From: Candidatus Thorarchaeota archaeon SMTZ1-45
GTDB lineage: Archaea; Asgardarchaeota; Thorarchaeia; Thorarchaeales; Thorarchaeaceae
Length of the DNA: 64,000 nucleotides
Assembly: GCA_001563335.1 (NCBI GenBank)
Contig: LRSL01000095.1
Coordinates: 1 to 64,000, forward strand
Direction: 5' to 3'
The position numbers were made by a program, and so were the translations under genes. The notes below the pieces were generated by a model. The model worked only from the letters and a program-made list of their open reading frames with translations. It had not been told where the DNA came from and did no database searches. Shown piece by piece: positions 47,300 to 57,237 of the stretch. Within the stretch, counting starts at the first letter, position 1; each line of letters opens with the position of its first letter.

Positions 47300-49105
47300 A
47301 TGTCATCAATCAGTCAGGATCGATCTGGAAAAAGAACGCAGATTGCGTTCGCTCTCGTGCTGATTATAACTCTTAGCAGTATCGGGGTCGCTGTTCATTT
47401 CATACCTGTCGCCACCAATAATTTTGACATACAGTGTATGGCTATTGGAGATGATGGAATGGGACCCAATTGTATTCGGGTTGTTGGACTCTTTGCTCCA
47501 TTTGATGAAGATCTCACACTTCAAACACTTACATGTGAACCCTCCGTTACTGGACTCAATCCATTAGATACTAAAACGAATGAATCATCTTATACTACTC
47601 CTTTTCATGGAATCTTATCAATCGATGTCTACGGTGATTTCGTAGCGGGAACTGAGTATCAGTTTACCTTTCAATTCCTCTATGATAGCGACAAGGTGAG
47701 AACAGTATATTTCGCACCTGTGTTCACGCCAGGTATCCTGAGTACCTACGAAAATACTACTGAGTCCTTTGGTGAACAACGCGTGTTCTGGACACCTCTA
47801 TCACAGCCAGAATCCACAGAGTTGAGTGAACTGAATGCTACTCTTCTCGCTGTTGGTGATTCCTGCTATGTCTACATGGCAAACGAATCGATAGATATCC
47901 TCGGAGAAAGCGCAGCAGTATCGAAATGCAGCCAGTTAGGGCAAATATTCGATGATGTAATTTACCCTAAGGCGGTTGAGCTTGCTGGAAGCCCTGACGG
48001 TCATCTCGGAGATATTGATGGCGATCCAAGAGTGACACTCTTCCTTGCACCATTAGTACGGTATATGGGAAATGCGTATTTGGGATTTCATGTTCCATGG
48101 AATGAATGCCCGTTTCCATTTTCTAACCGGAGAGAAATGGTTTACATTGAAGCTGAAAGGGACTTTGATGAAACTGTATGCATTACTATTCATGAATTCA
48201 ATCACTTGATTTGGGATAATTATGAAACGGACGAAGCAGACTTCCTGATGGAGGGCTTAGCAAATCTTGCTATAGATTACACAGGGTACTGGTACTATAT
48301 TACAGATGCAGTCACGACTACTTACACATATCATCCAGAAGTTTCTCTCCTCCATTTCAATAGGTTCTACGGTCGCCTTTGGGATGCAAGCTACGGTCAA
48401 GCATATCTCTTTGTGACCTATCTTGCTGAACGGTTTGGCATGAGTGCAGTGAGGGATCTTGTGAGCATATGCGAGGATGGTCCAGCAGCAGTCGAGATTG
48501 CGCTTACCAATGCAGGGTATGATCTAACATTCAATGATGTCTACCTTGATTTCATTACTGCATGTGTTTTAGATAACATTGAGATTGAGGATGGCATCTA
48601 TGGATTCGAGTCATGGAACTATACAATCCAAAGTTACACAACCCTACCGAGCAATTACCCAATCATAAGGGAGAACGTCAAGCATTATCATTATGGTTTC
48701 AATGTATACAGATTGTTCGCACTACCAGACAACTTCACAATTAATATTGAAAAACTACGTCCATACGCCATGGGAGTGGTTGTAGCTATGAGAAACTCCA
48801 GTGGGTGGTATGTGTTTCAATCTCAATTCCATTCAACATCTGGAGCAATCTCCAAGTATATTCAGAGCAACGGGGCTGAAGAAGCGTATGTGATAACCAC
48901 TCTAATGTCAGATGAAACTCCGACTGATTTTGAGGATGTATTCGAGCTTGCTGAAATACCATCAGCGAGTCTGGACCTCTCAATCACAGAGGGAGATACA
49001 GAAGATCAACCAAGACCTGACTTGATTATCATCCCCGTTTCAATTCTGGCAATCGCAGCACTTAGTAGCATCTTCATGGTCGCTAAAAGGAAAAGATGGA
49101 AGTGA
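47300..49105 (+). CDS. Membrane-anchored zinc metallopeptidase (M30/M6-like)
   Basis: N-terminal TM, DIDGDPRV, IHEFNHLI...LMEGLA gluzincin motif, C-terminal TM followed by KRKR. Confidence 0.8.
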   Translation: MSSISQDRSGKRTQIAFALVLIITLSSIGVAVHFIPVATNNFDIQCMAIGDDGMGPNCIRVVGLFAPFDEDLTLQTLTCEPSVTGLNPLDTKTNESSYTTPFHGILSIDVYGDFVAGTEYQFTFQFLYDSDKVRTVYFAPVFTPGILSTYENTTESFGEQRVFWTPLSQPESTELSELNATLLAVGDSCYVYMANESIDILGESAAVSKCSQLGQIFDDVIYPKAVELAGSPDGHLGDIDGDPRVTLFLAPLVRYMGNAYLGFHVPWNECPFPFSNRREMVYIEAERDFDETVCITIHEFNHLIWDNYETDEADFLMEGLANLAIDYTGYWYYITDAVTTTYTYHPEVSLLHFNRFYGRLWDASYGQAYLFVTYLAERFGMSAVRDLVSICEDGPAAVEIALTNAGYDLTFNDVYLDFITACVLDNIEIEDGIYGFESWNYTIQSYTTLPSNYPIIRENVKHYHYGFNVYRLFALPDNFTINIEKLRPYAMGVVVAMRNSSGWYVFQSQFHSTSGAISKYIQSNGAEEAYVITTLMSDETPTDFEDVFELAEIPSASLDLSITEGDTEDQPRPDLIIIPVSILAIAALSSIFMVAKRKRWK

Positions 49106-50010
49106 ATGGATTGGGCAATTGGAATCTGCGAGATTATATTGAAACAATCAAGCTTAGCGTTCGCTTCACAAAAACATACTATCTCTCTATCTTCTTAGCG
49201 ATACTAGGTGTCTTCGTGATAACCATAAGCTTGTTTCTATTGATAGTATTCATTGGAACCATTCCCATTTCGATTGTCTATGGGCCTTTTGATGAGATAT
49301 TCGATGCCTTCGACTATATAGGAGTTGCATTGTCTGGAGCGAACAGTGTCGAAGCAGTCGGAATTGTTCTGTTTGTGGGTTCCGCACTTTTTGCACCGTT
49401 TTTAATTGCTCTGGGTGCACTGTTTGGGATTGGGCAGGAAATTTTTGAGAGTGGATCAACAACTGCTGAGGATGCGCTGCTCTGGTATCGGCAGAAATTC
49501 ACTCGTCTGGCAGCTGGAGGAATTGTCCAGTTTCTCTATATAATTGGTCCAATCGGGATAGAGTACATCCTTACAGTATGGTATTTCGGAAACCAGGTGG
49601 TGGATAGTACCTCGCTAATGCTTCTGATCATCATAGCTATTGTCTGGTTTTTAATTAGTTCAGGAATGCTGTCAATGGTATTTCCCTTGATAGTTGATGG
49701 CATGTCTATTTCCGCATCCATCAAACACTCAATAAGGCTGACTTGGAACAACCTTAGTGCTGTATTCTCAATCTGGATTACATTCTCATCTTTGGGTTTG
49801 CTGATACTCGGACCCATCATTGCCCAAGAGCTTGCTGATTTTCCAATAATTGCAGAACAATGGTATGATTTGTATGTGCTTACATCAGCTGTCCTGATTT
49901 TTCTGTTACTACTACCGGTCTATGTGCTCTCTACATCGAGAACTTACCTCATTATTTCAGACCCGAATATCAAAGAAGCACAGGAAGTTCACACTAAGGA
50001 GGTTCAGTAG
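49096..50010 (+). CDS. Integral membrane protein (about 6 TM)
   Basis: Hydrophobic ORF overlapping the end of the peptidase gene. Confidence 0.75.
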   Translation: MEVNGLGNWNLRDYIETIKLSVRFTKTYYLSIFLAILGVFVITISLFLLIVFIGTIPISIVYGPFDEIFDAFDYIGVALSGANSVEAVGIVLFVGSALFAPFLIALGALFGIGQEIFESGSTTAEDALLWYRQKFTRLAAGGIVQFLYIIGPIGIEYILTVWYFGNQVVDSTSLMLLIIIAIVWFLISSGMLSMVFPLIVDGMSISASIKHSIRLTWNNLSAVFSIWITFSSLGLLILGPIIAQELADFPIIAEQWYDLYVLTSAVLIFLLLLPVYVLSTSRTYLIISDPNIKEAQEVHTKEVQ

Positions 50011-50011
50011 G

Positions 50012-50644
50012 ATGAATCACGTGAATGAATCTCATCAGATGAAAGACCTTGAGATTATTTCCGATCCAAACACTATCAAAGTTCTCTTTGATAAGATACG
50101 TGCACTGATTGTTTTCAAATATCTTGTTAATCAGGAGATGACAGTCAAGCAGCTCGCAGATGCCATAGGGAAGAATCCAGGAAATGTATTACGTCATATC
50201 GAACGGCTAAAGAGTGTTGGTCTGGTTCAGCAGGTTAGGACTGAAAAGACTACAACTGGAATTGTTCAGCGATACTATAGAGCTACAGCACGAGAATACC
50301 GTTTAGGTATTGCAGATATGATAAAGGCAAATGGTGGAATTAAGACTTATGCGAAAGACCGACTCCGCAATATGATATTGGGGCTTGAAGCATATGGGGT
50401 TAGTATTCCTGAGTCAAGGATGAACGCTGCACTTAGTATACTTGAGGAGTTAATTGAACGAGAGAACCAAATCAGCTCTGAAATTGCAATCGTCAATGAA
50501 GAATTTTGGAACATCTTGCCAACACACCAACAGGAAGATGCATCCCGACTGATGAGAGATGTAATGCTGACACGAGATGATGAATATCTGAAACTAAAAG
50601 ATGAATGGTGGTCTTTGGTAATGTCGTTTCACAAAACCAAATAA
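50012..50644 (+). CDS. ArsR-like winged-helix transcriptional regulator
   Basis: MTVKQLADAIGKNPGNVLRHIERLKSVGLV...RYYRATA; ATG 50012 after AGGAGG. Confidence 0.85.
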   Translation: MNHVNESHQMKDLEIISDPNTIKVLFDKIRALIVFKYLVNQEMTVKQLADAIGKNPGNVLRHIERLKSVGLVQQVRTEKTTTGIVQRYYRATAREYRLGIADMIKANGGIKTYAKDRLRNMILGLEAYGVSIPESRMNAALSILEELIERENQISSEIAIVNEEFWNILPTHQQEDASRLMRDVMLTRDDEYLKLKDEWWSLVMSFHKTK

Positions 50645-50765
50645 GAAGAAAATAATGAACCTCGAGAAAGAGTTCTCAAGCTCTATTCTCATATTCTTCC
50701 TTAGCATCATAATTTCCGACAAACTTACAAGTGAAAAGCAGGTTGCGCTCTGGTAGGCGAAGCCT

Positions 50766-51155
50766 TTGACTTCTATTGAAAATCTCAATAAGACACTCGG
50801 AAATATCCTATTAATTTGGAGTATCTCTTGTATCATAGTTGGTATTGCACTCTATTTCTTCTCTTTTGATCCACTACTTCAAGGAATAGGCTTCGAAGCA
50901 ATGCTCTGGGGTTTGATTAACCTCGTAATCGCGTACAAACTACTAAAACGGAAAGAGCACGTTCTAGAGAAAATCAGACGAGAACTATCCATAAGCCTTG
51001 GTCTAGATCTCATCTACCCGATCATCGGTCTACCACTTATCTTCTTGGGGCAAGATGCATATCTCGTAGGAAATGGATATGGAATAATCATCCAAGGAGC
51101 GTTTCTATTAGTACTAGACCTATCCTATCACAGGAGATTCAAGCAACTTGCCTGA
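50766..51155 (+). CDS. Small 4-TM membrane protein (paralog of 63019..63429)
   Basis: Shares LxWS, GIG...LWGLI, LD..Y and GNG.G.IIQG.FL..LD motifs with the paralog. Confidence 0.75.
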   Translation: MTSIENLNKTLGNILLIWSISCIIVGIALYFFSFDPLLQGIGFEAMLWGLINLVIAYKLLKRKEHVLEKIRRELSISLGLDLIYPIIGLPLIFLGQDAYLVGNGYGIIIQGAFLLVLDLSYHRRFKQLA

Positions 51156-51332
51156 AGAAGAAGTCGGTTTCTAATTGAAAATGTGGTCAGAAAAATGATT
51201 CTGTCTTTGAATAAATTAGGTGTTGCGGACAAAAGCTAGGATTAGATTCCGCCAACTCTCGTGATTTTACAAAGACATATCTAGAGTTTCTTACAAGCGG
51301 TTACAAGATTTCGCAATAATTGGGGGATTAAT

Positions 51333-53069
51333 ATGAAGCGAGCGAGTTTGGTTTCTTTAGGTATGCTAATCATTTCAACACTCTATGTTACAAGTGGTTT
51401 CCAATTAGCCATATTCCCGGGATTCGAATATACAACTCCTTACAATTTAAAAGATGTTTTCGCGGAGTCGTACATTGGTCATGATCCAATCAATATTCGT
51501 AATGACACAGATTTTAAGAGTCAAGCTGATAGCGAAGGCTGGGAGGGCAACGGTACCTTATCATTTCCATATGTCATCGAGTCATATACGATTATTTCAG
51601 GTGTTGAATACTCTATTCAAATCACCGATGTATCATCATACTTTGTGATACGCAATTGTATTTTTACAAACAGCTTCAGGGGTTCATATGGGGTTAGATT
51701 AGAAAATGCAACCTACGGCCACTTATTCGATTGCGAAGTCAGCAAACAAGTTTATGGTGTCTATGTTTATGAATCGCCGGGACTTGCTATTGATAATGTG
51801 ACCGTTTGGGACTGCAATGATACTGGTTTATACATCACATACTCTGCAGGTTGTAGCATAACTGCATGTAATGTGACTGATTCTGACATAAATATAGCAA
51901 TTGACAACTCTCCATCTTGCGAAGTCATTAATAATGTCATATATGGGAGTCTGAACGGTCCGGGTTTAGGTGTCACATATTCTGGCTTGACTATAGTGAG
52001 TCAGAACCAAATCTATGATAATTCTGAGAATGGTGTCTGGTTGACAAACTCAGACAATTGTATTCTTACAAATAATATGATTTACAACAATACTATTCAT
52101 GGTTTGTATAGTGAAACATCAGATTTTGTTGAAGTAAACGCGAATGAAATCTGGGGTAATGGATGGTATCCAACAGAATCACTGTCCAATGGTATCCATA
52201 CAGAGTCTTGCGATTATTGGACCATTCTTGGTAATCAAATATGGAATAACACAGAGAGCGGAGTTTTTCTGATGTCCTCCGAATATGGGAATATTGTTAG
52301 TAATGTTGTTTTTGATAACAATTTCACAGGTATTTTCTCTGATCATTCATTATCGCAATTCATCAGCGATAACATCGCATATCGAAATGAAATTGGAATC
52401 TATAGCACTGACATGAATGCTCGAATAATAGACAATATTGTTTTTGACAATGTATTCGGGATTGGCATGTTGGGTAGTTCGACTTGCTGGGTCCATAGTA
52501 ATGATATTGGGTGGAATTTTGATGATAACGCCTATGATGTTGGTGGATTTGATAATAATTGGTATATGAATTGGTATTCAGATTTCTCTGGTCAGGGAAA
52601 CTATACAATCACACAACCTGATGTTTTCGATATGTATCCATCCAAGAGTTTGGAAATCAATTCATCGACTCCTCAAGAATATAATTATGGCACGAGTGGA
52701 AACAGAATCTTCTTCCCAGCTCAAGCTTTGAATCCGAAGGAGTATGAAGTATATGTAAACGATAATTTACTCTATCACAAAACCTGGGATGGTACTGATA
52801 TTGAGATAGATGTTGATGGGTTTGATGTAGGTAACTATGAGATTACAGTTGCAGTTTATCATGTATCGGGTCATTCTACTAATGCAACTTCAGCGCTGTA
52901 TGTACTGGCTCCTACTACAACTGCTCCTACTATCCCCACAACAACTTCTCCCATAACACAACCGCCTCCCGATGGTATCAATTTGATAATTGTCGTTATT
53001 GGTGGAGGTGCTATCGCTGTTGTCATTATTATTGTAGTACTGATGCGAAGGCGCCTTAGTCAGGATTGA
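51333..53069 (+). CDS. Right-handed beta-helix (NosD/PbH1) surface protein with C-terminal TM anchor
   Basis: HDPINI...GNGT..PYVI leader domain, Asn-ladder repeats (NQIYDN, NMIYNN, NEIWGN), Thr/Pro linker, TM followed by RRR. Confidence 0.88.
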   Translation: MKRASLVSLGMLIISTLYVTSGFQLAIFPGFEYTTPYNLKDVFAESYIGHDPINIRNDTDFKSQADSEGWEGNGTLSFPYVIESYTIISGVEYSIQITDVSSYFVIRNCIFTNSFRGSYGVRLENATYGHLFDCEVSKQVYGVYVYESPGLAIDNVTVWDCNDTGLYITYSAGCSITACNVTDSDINIAIDNSPSCEVINNVIYGSLNGPGLGVTYSGLTIVSQNQIYDNSENGVWLTNSDNCILTNNMIYNNTIHGLYSETSDFVEVNANEIWGNGWYPTESLSNGIHTESCDYWTILGNQIWNNTESGVFLMSSEYGNIVSNVVFDNNFTGIFSDHSLSQFISDNIAYRNEIGIYSTDMNARIIDNIVFDNVFGIGMLGSSTCWVHSNDIGWNFDDNAYDVGGFDNNWYMNWYSDFSGQGNYTITQPDVFDMYPSKSLEINSSTPQEYNYGTSGNRIFFPAQALNPKEYEVYVNDNLLYHKTWDGTDIEIDVDGFDVGNYEITVAVYHVSGHSTNATSALYVLAPTTTAPTIPTTTSPITQPPPDGINLIIVVIGGGAIAVVIIIVVLMRRRLSQD

Positions 53070-53375
53070 GTGAAGATGAGGCTTTCTTGTGAAAATCTGA
53101 CTTCTTGATTCATGGGACATAGTTTTCGGGATACCAGTGAAGGTTGTCTGGACGCCAAAGAACGAACGATAGGGAACCGTCACTTACTTCTGGTTCGAAC
53201 CAGCTGATGGTTAGAAACCAAGACCGATGAATCCAGAGAAGGAGCGTATGAAGGAACTCTGCTCTAGGCGACGAATTTATCAAGTCCATGTTATAGAACA
53301 ACCGGAAAAGGAGCTTACACTCATTTTCTCTTAATTTGCAAATATACAATAGATACGACTTGTGTGTGAGTCAAT

Positions 53376-54055
53376 ATGCCAAGTGATGAGTGGAACTACT
53401 TTGTCGAGAACTACTTTGGCGACCCCTATATGATGTGGCCTGATGGGATTGATGAGAAATCAGTCATCCCACTCAAGGATAAAGAGCGGGAAACTGCTGA
53501 AGACATGCTCATCAAGTCTCTTGAAGAAGGGAGCCACTATGGTGCTATAGGTCTCCGAGAGTTGAGATCCACAAAGGCAGTTCCAATCCTCGAGGAACAA
53601 TTAGGGATGAACAATGGGACTCTCGCGGTTGAGATTGCTGTAGCCCTTTGCATTATCAAAAATACTCTGGAGTACCTTCCTCACATCCTTGTGGCTCTCA
53701 AGTTATCCCCTTTTGGTCGGATAGGATTTATGTAGCATGAGCACTGCGACGTTTTCCCACCGAAGAGATTGTAGAGGCTTTGTTTGAATCTGTTGCAAAG
53801 GACCATGAGTATTTAGTCCGGAATCACGCCTCGGAAACTATACTCTTCCTCCACGGTCTTCAACCCTCTATCACTATGCATGAAGAAATCTTCAAGCACA
53901 TGATTGTCGAGTTTGACAAGGCTAATGATGCGTCGATTGATAATGCACTCGCTTACTACAAGATGTGTGCTGATATGTTGCGTGATCTGATTGAGAAGAA
54001 AGGAATTCTAAGGACCGGTCCAATAATTGAGAATATCTGGAACTGGGAACAATAA
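53376..54055 (+). pseudogene. HEAT/PBS-lyase repeat gene with a frameshift and a TGA
   Basis: A frame change at CCCCTTTT (53707-53714) gives PFWSDRIYVA*ALRRFPTEEIVEALFESV, joining the two track ORFs; TGA at 53738-53740. Confidence 0.7.
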
Positions 54056-54432
54056 TAGCTTAAGAAAGAGAGAAGAGGTGAATACTCCCTGTGAACTCTC
54101 ATAGAGAGATCTGTTCCTCACTCCTGATGCATGACAAAACCCCGCTATGGTAGTACTCAGAATTTCTTAGTGGGATAATACTCCTTGACATAATTCGGAT
54201 ATGAGTCTGAAAAACCAAGAATCTCATATCTTATGATAATGCGCAAACGTCCTAGCTAGAACTGCATGCAACTCGTGCTTCAGATATTCATCTTATAACT
54301 TTCATATTCTTCAGCACAATCTGATCAATCCTCTCGGTGATAATTACGAACTCATAATACAAGAACCTACATTATTAACAGCAGATATGAAGAAAGCTAG
54401 AGTTTTTAGTATGATATTATCGCAAATGAGGT

Positions 54433-57237
54433 ATGGTTTTAGATGCTAAACACAAAAGAATGGCATTCACGCTTCTATGCCTGCTTGTGTCTAGCACAAT
54501 TTTCTCGAGTTTCTTGATTTTCATCGACTCATATTCCTACAACATTTGGGACTACGAAACTGATGTGGGGCCGGCATCGATGGTGATTCTTGGTTCAGAA
54601 GGACTAGACTTCATTGATGAGATTCTAGCACTACCAGAGATTAATAGAGTTTCATCGCTCAAAACATCAATGGCATCTGTTATTGCATATCCTCCTGAAT
54701 ACAATGCCTCATTCGCTTGTTCAGAAGCCATGATTGAAAATACAAATGGTTACACTATTCAAGGCCCCTTAGATGAGGTATCAAATAGGACTATTAGAGT
54801 GGGATATATCGATGAAACATTTCAGGATAATTTCCCTTCAATCATAAATATAACAAGTGGAAAATTGCCTGAGAGTGACTCAGAAATTGCATTTTCAGAA
54901 TGGTTGGCTAGTATCTTCCAAGTGACAGCAGGAGATATTGTAAGTTATGAACATGGTGTGAATAATCCACACTATTCAACTCTCCGTCTTGTAGGAGTCT
55001 ATTCACAAGATGAGGCGGATACAAGAAGCGGTCATTATTATAGACTTGCAGATGCTGTAGTTCCTCCAGCGCTCTTGACCAACGATAGTCGAGAAGACTA
55101 TCTTTTCTTGGATGTAGAACCCCGTCATCATCCATTAATCCCCTCTACTGGAGTTTCTTATCTAGCCGATATCGAAGAAAAAATCAGAGAGCTTGATCCC
55201 CAATACAGTTTATTTCATCATACATCGTTCTACATTGATGATATCTTAGCCAAAGGAATCATTAGGTATCAAGCTTGGCTCTTGTCTACAAGGTTTCAGC
55301 AATCTACTAGAATTATTGGTTTCATATTTTTTGCTCTAGTTTTCGCGGGATTTGGAATTAGATATAACATAAAAGACAAGAAGACAGAGATTGAGATGCT
55401 TAGAGCAAGAGGGGGTTCGAGCGCTCAGATTACCTTGTTATATCTTCGAGAGTTACTATTTCTTGGAGTTTTATCAACTATTATTGCTGTGGGCCTTGGC
55501 TTTTCGATAAGCAGAATCGGTTTCGCGACTATAGGATTCTTTCATTTTGAGCAATTAGTTACTAGTCCATTTCTGCTTTCACTCGATTCTATTATTATCT
55601 TGATCATATTGAGTATAGTAGTCCCTTTGAGCCTGTATTCGATTCTTCATAACAATTCGAATATTGTTACAAAAGGATCTATTGGTTTTGGAGGTCATGC
55701 AAAATTAGCAAGACTAGTGCGGTTGTTTCGTTGGGACATTTCATTATCACTAGTTTCACTTGTAATTCTCCTGAGTATCTGGGGATCAAATAGTCTAATC
55801 ACTCAGAGTTCTATCTTTTCTCTTCTCTCATATGTTACCCCATTTACATTTTTCATTGGACTTGCAGGTATGATATCCAGATCATTAAAGATTAGCTCAA
55901 ATTGGCTCTCTTCAAGACTCAGAAAACCAATTGGAAAACTTGCTTCTGGATTGGGAATAAGACGAATAAGCTCGAATGTGTCGACTTCTGGTACAACAGT
56001 ACTAATCCTTGCCTTAGCAATCAGCCTTGCTTGGAATGGTGCTGTTTTCGAGGTCACATTGCCCAATACAATACTCAATCAAACGAGATTTGCAATAGGC
56101 GGAGATTTAACACTCCGGTTAGAAGATGATAGTAGGGACCTCTGGGATGATTTATTCCAAAACGTAACTGAGAGTCCAATAGTGGAAGGACTTTCAATCG
56201 TCACAACCTATGGACTCTCACTGTCTTCAGAAATGCAAAATCTTGTTGAGTTTGTATCCATAGAACCAATGCTGTACGCTGATGTTGGTTATGACTCACT
56301 CGGTGCTCCATTAGCACAATCAAACTTAATGCCTTCACTTTCTATACTAGATAAGAATCCAACTGGAGTTATCATGACTTCTGATATAGCAAGGAGTTAT
56401 GGGTTGTCTGAGGGTGACACACTTAGAGCCTTTCGTGCCAATGGGTCAGAAGTAGATACGCTAATCTTTAACATTCTCTCTATTGTTGAATCTCTACCGG
56501 ACTCTATGGTTGGACCTGATGGCTACACACCGCCTCCATTGGGCTCTTCTGATAGAGTTGGTCGTGGTCAAATCTGGATGCATATACAACATGCTGAAAC
56601 GGTATTTCTGCATAACTCCTCTATAGCAACGACTCTATGTGTTCGAACGCGTGAGGGTGCAAATGGACAAGAACTTGTGGATGCAGTTCTTGACTCCAAT
56701 CTGGCAGATGCCATCTTGGGGTATGCAGTTGCGAGTGTAATAGCAGAACAGTCATCACTGCAAAATCTGTTTATCTTCGAGAGTTCTATCGATACAATTC
56801 TTATAATCATAGCATTGGGTTCAATACCAGTTGCATTTCTCATGCACTTCTATGAACAATTCGAAGACAAAAGAAAGGAATCAGCCCTTTTGAGGGCAAT
56901 TGGAATGGAATCTATGCAATTACACAAGTACCAAATGATAGAAACACAGAGTGTTGCTCTATATGGCATACTTCTCATTACTTTAGGATCTCCCATTTTA
57001 ATAACAACTTCATTGAACGTGTCAATGTATAATTCGCCAATCGCGTTTAAGGCATTCCCATATCCGATTCTTCTCTCAATCCCTTGGATTCCTCTAGTGA
57101 TTCTAATAGCCTACTTAGTTCTATGCGCGGGTGCAATAGGATTCATCGTTTCTTTTCTTAACGTTAAGAAAACTATTGGTAAAGTAACTAGAGACATCTG
57201 GTTAGATAGCTTAAACAATAGGGGGCAAACCGAGTGA
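54433..57237 (+). CDS. FtsX/MacB-like ABC transporter permease
   Basis: EIEMLRARGGS and ESALLRAIGM FtsX motifs, IGGDL, two large extracellular loops. Confidence 0.85.
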   Translation: MVLDAKHKRMAFTLLCLLVSSTIFSSFLIFIDSYSYNIWDYETDVGPASMVILGSEGLDFIDEILALPEINRVSSLKTSMASVIAYPPEYNASFACSEAMIENTNGYTIQGPLDEVSNRTIRVGYIDETFQDNFPSIINITSGKLPESDSEIAFSEWLASIFQVTAGDIVSYEHGVNNPHYSTLRLVGVYSQDEADTRSGHYYRLADAVVPPALLTNDSREDYLFLDVEPRHHPLIPSTGVSYLADIEEKIRELDPQYSLFHHTSFYIDDILAKGIIRYQAWLLSTRFQQSTRIIGFIFFALVFAGFGIRYNIKDKKTEIEMLRARGGSSAQITLLYLRELLFLGVLSTIIAVGLGFSISRIGFATIGFFHFEQLVTSPFLLSLDSIIILIILSIVVPLSLYSILHNNSNIVTKGSIGFGGHAKLARLVRLFRWDISLSLVSLVILLSIWGSNSLITQSSIFSLLSYVTPFTFFIGLAGMISRSLKISSNWLSSRLRKPIGKLASGLGIRRISSNVSTSGTTVLILALAISLAWNGAVFEVTLPNTILNQTRFAIGGDLTLRLEDDSRDLWDDLFQNVTESPIVEGLSIVTTYGLSLSSEMQNLVEFVSIEPMLYADVGYDSLGAPLAQSNLMPSLSILDKNPTGVIMTSDIARSYGLSEGDTLRAFRANGSEVDTLIFNILSIVESLPDSMVGPDGYTPPPLGSSDRVGRGQIWMHIQHAETVFLHNSSIATTLCVRTREGANGQELVDAVLDSNLADAILGYAVASVIAEQSSLQNLFIFESSIDTILIIIALGSIPVAFLMHFYEQFEDKRKESALLRAIGMESMQLHKYQMIETQSVALYGILLITLGSPILITTSLNVSMYNSPIAFKAFPYPILLSIPWIPLVILIAYLVLCAGAIGFIVSFLNVKKTIGKVTRDIWLDSLNNRGQTE

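Noticed and set aside
53200-53275. Hammerhead ribozyme (CTGATG...GAAAC) or glycine riboswitch (GAAGGAGC...AACTCT) resemblance
   Set aside because: The core reads CTGATGG with no stem II, and the glycine-aptamer GGAGA/CAGG elements and stems are missing.
53707-53740. Programmed -1 frameshift at C_CCT_TTT, or Sec readthrough of TGA 53738
   Set aside because: Two independent recoding events would be needed. The TGA falls where a HEAT repeat A-R-A-L would have CGA, and no SECIS is evident, so a pseudogene is more parsimonious.
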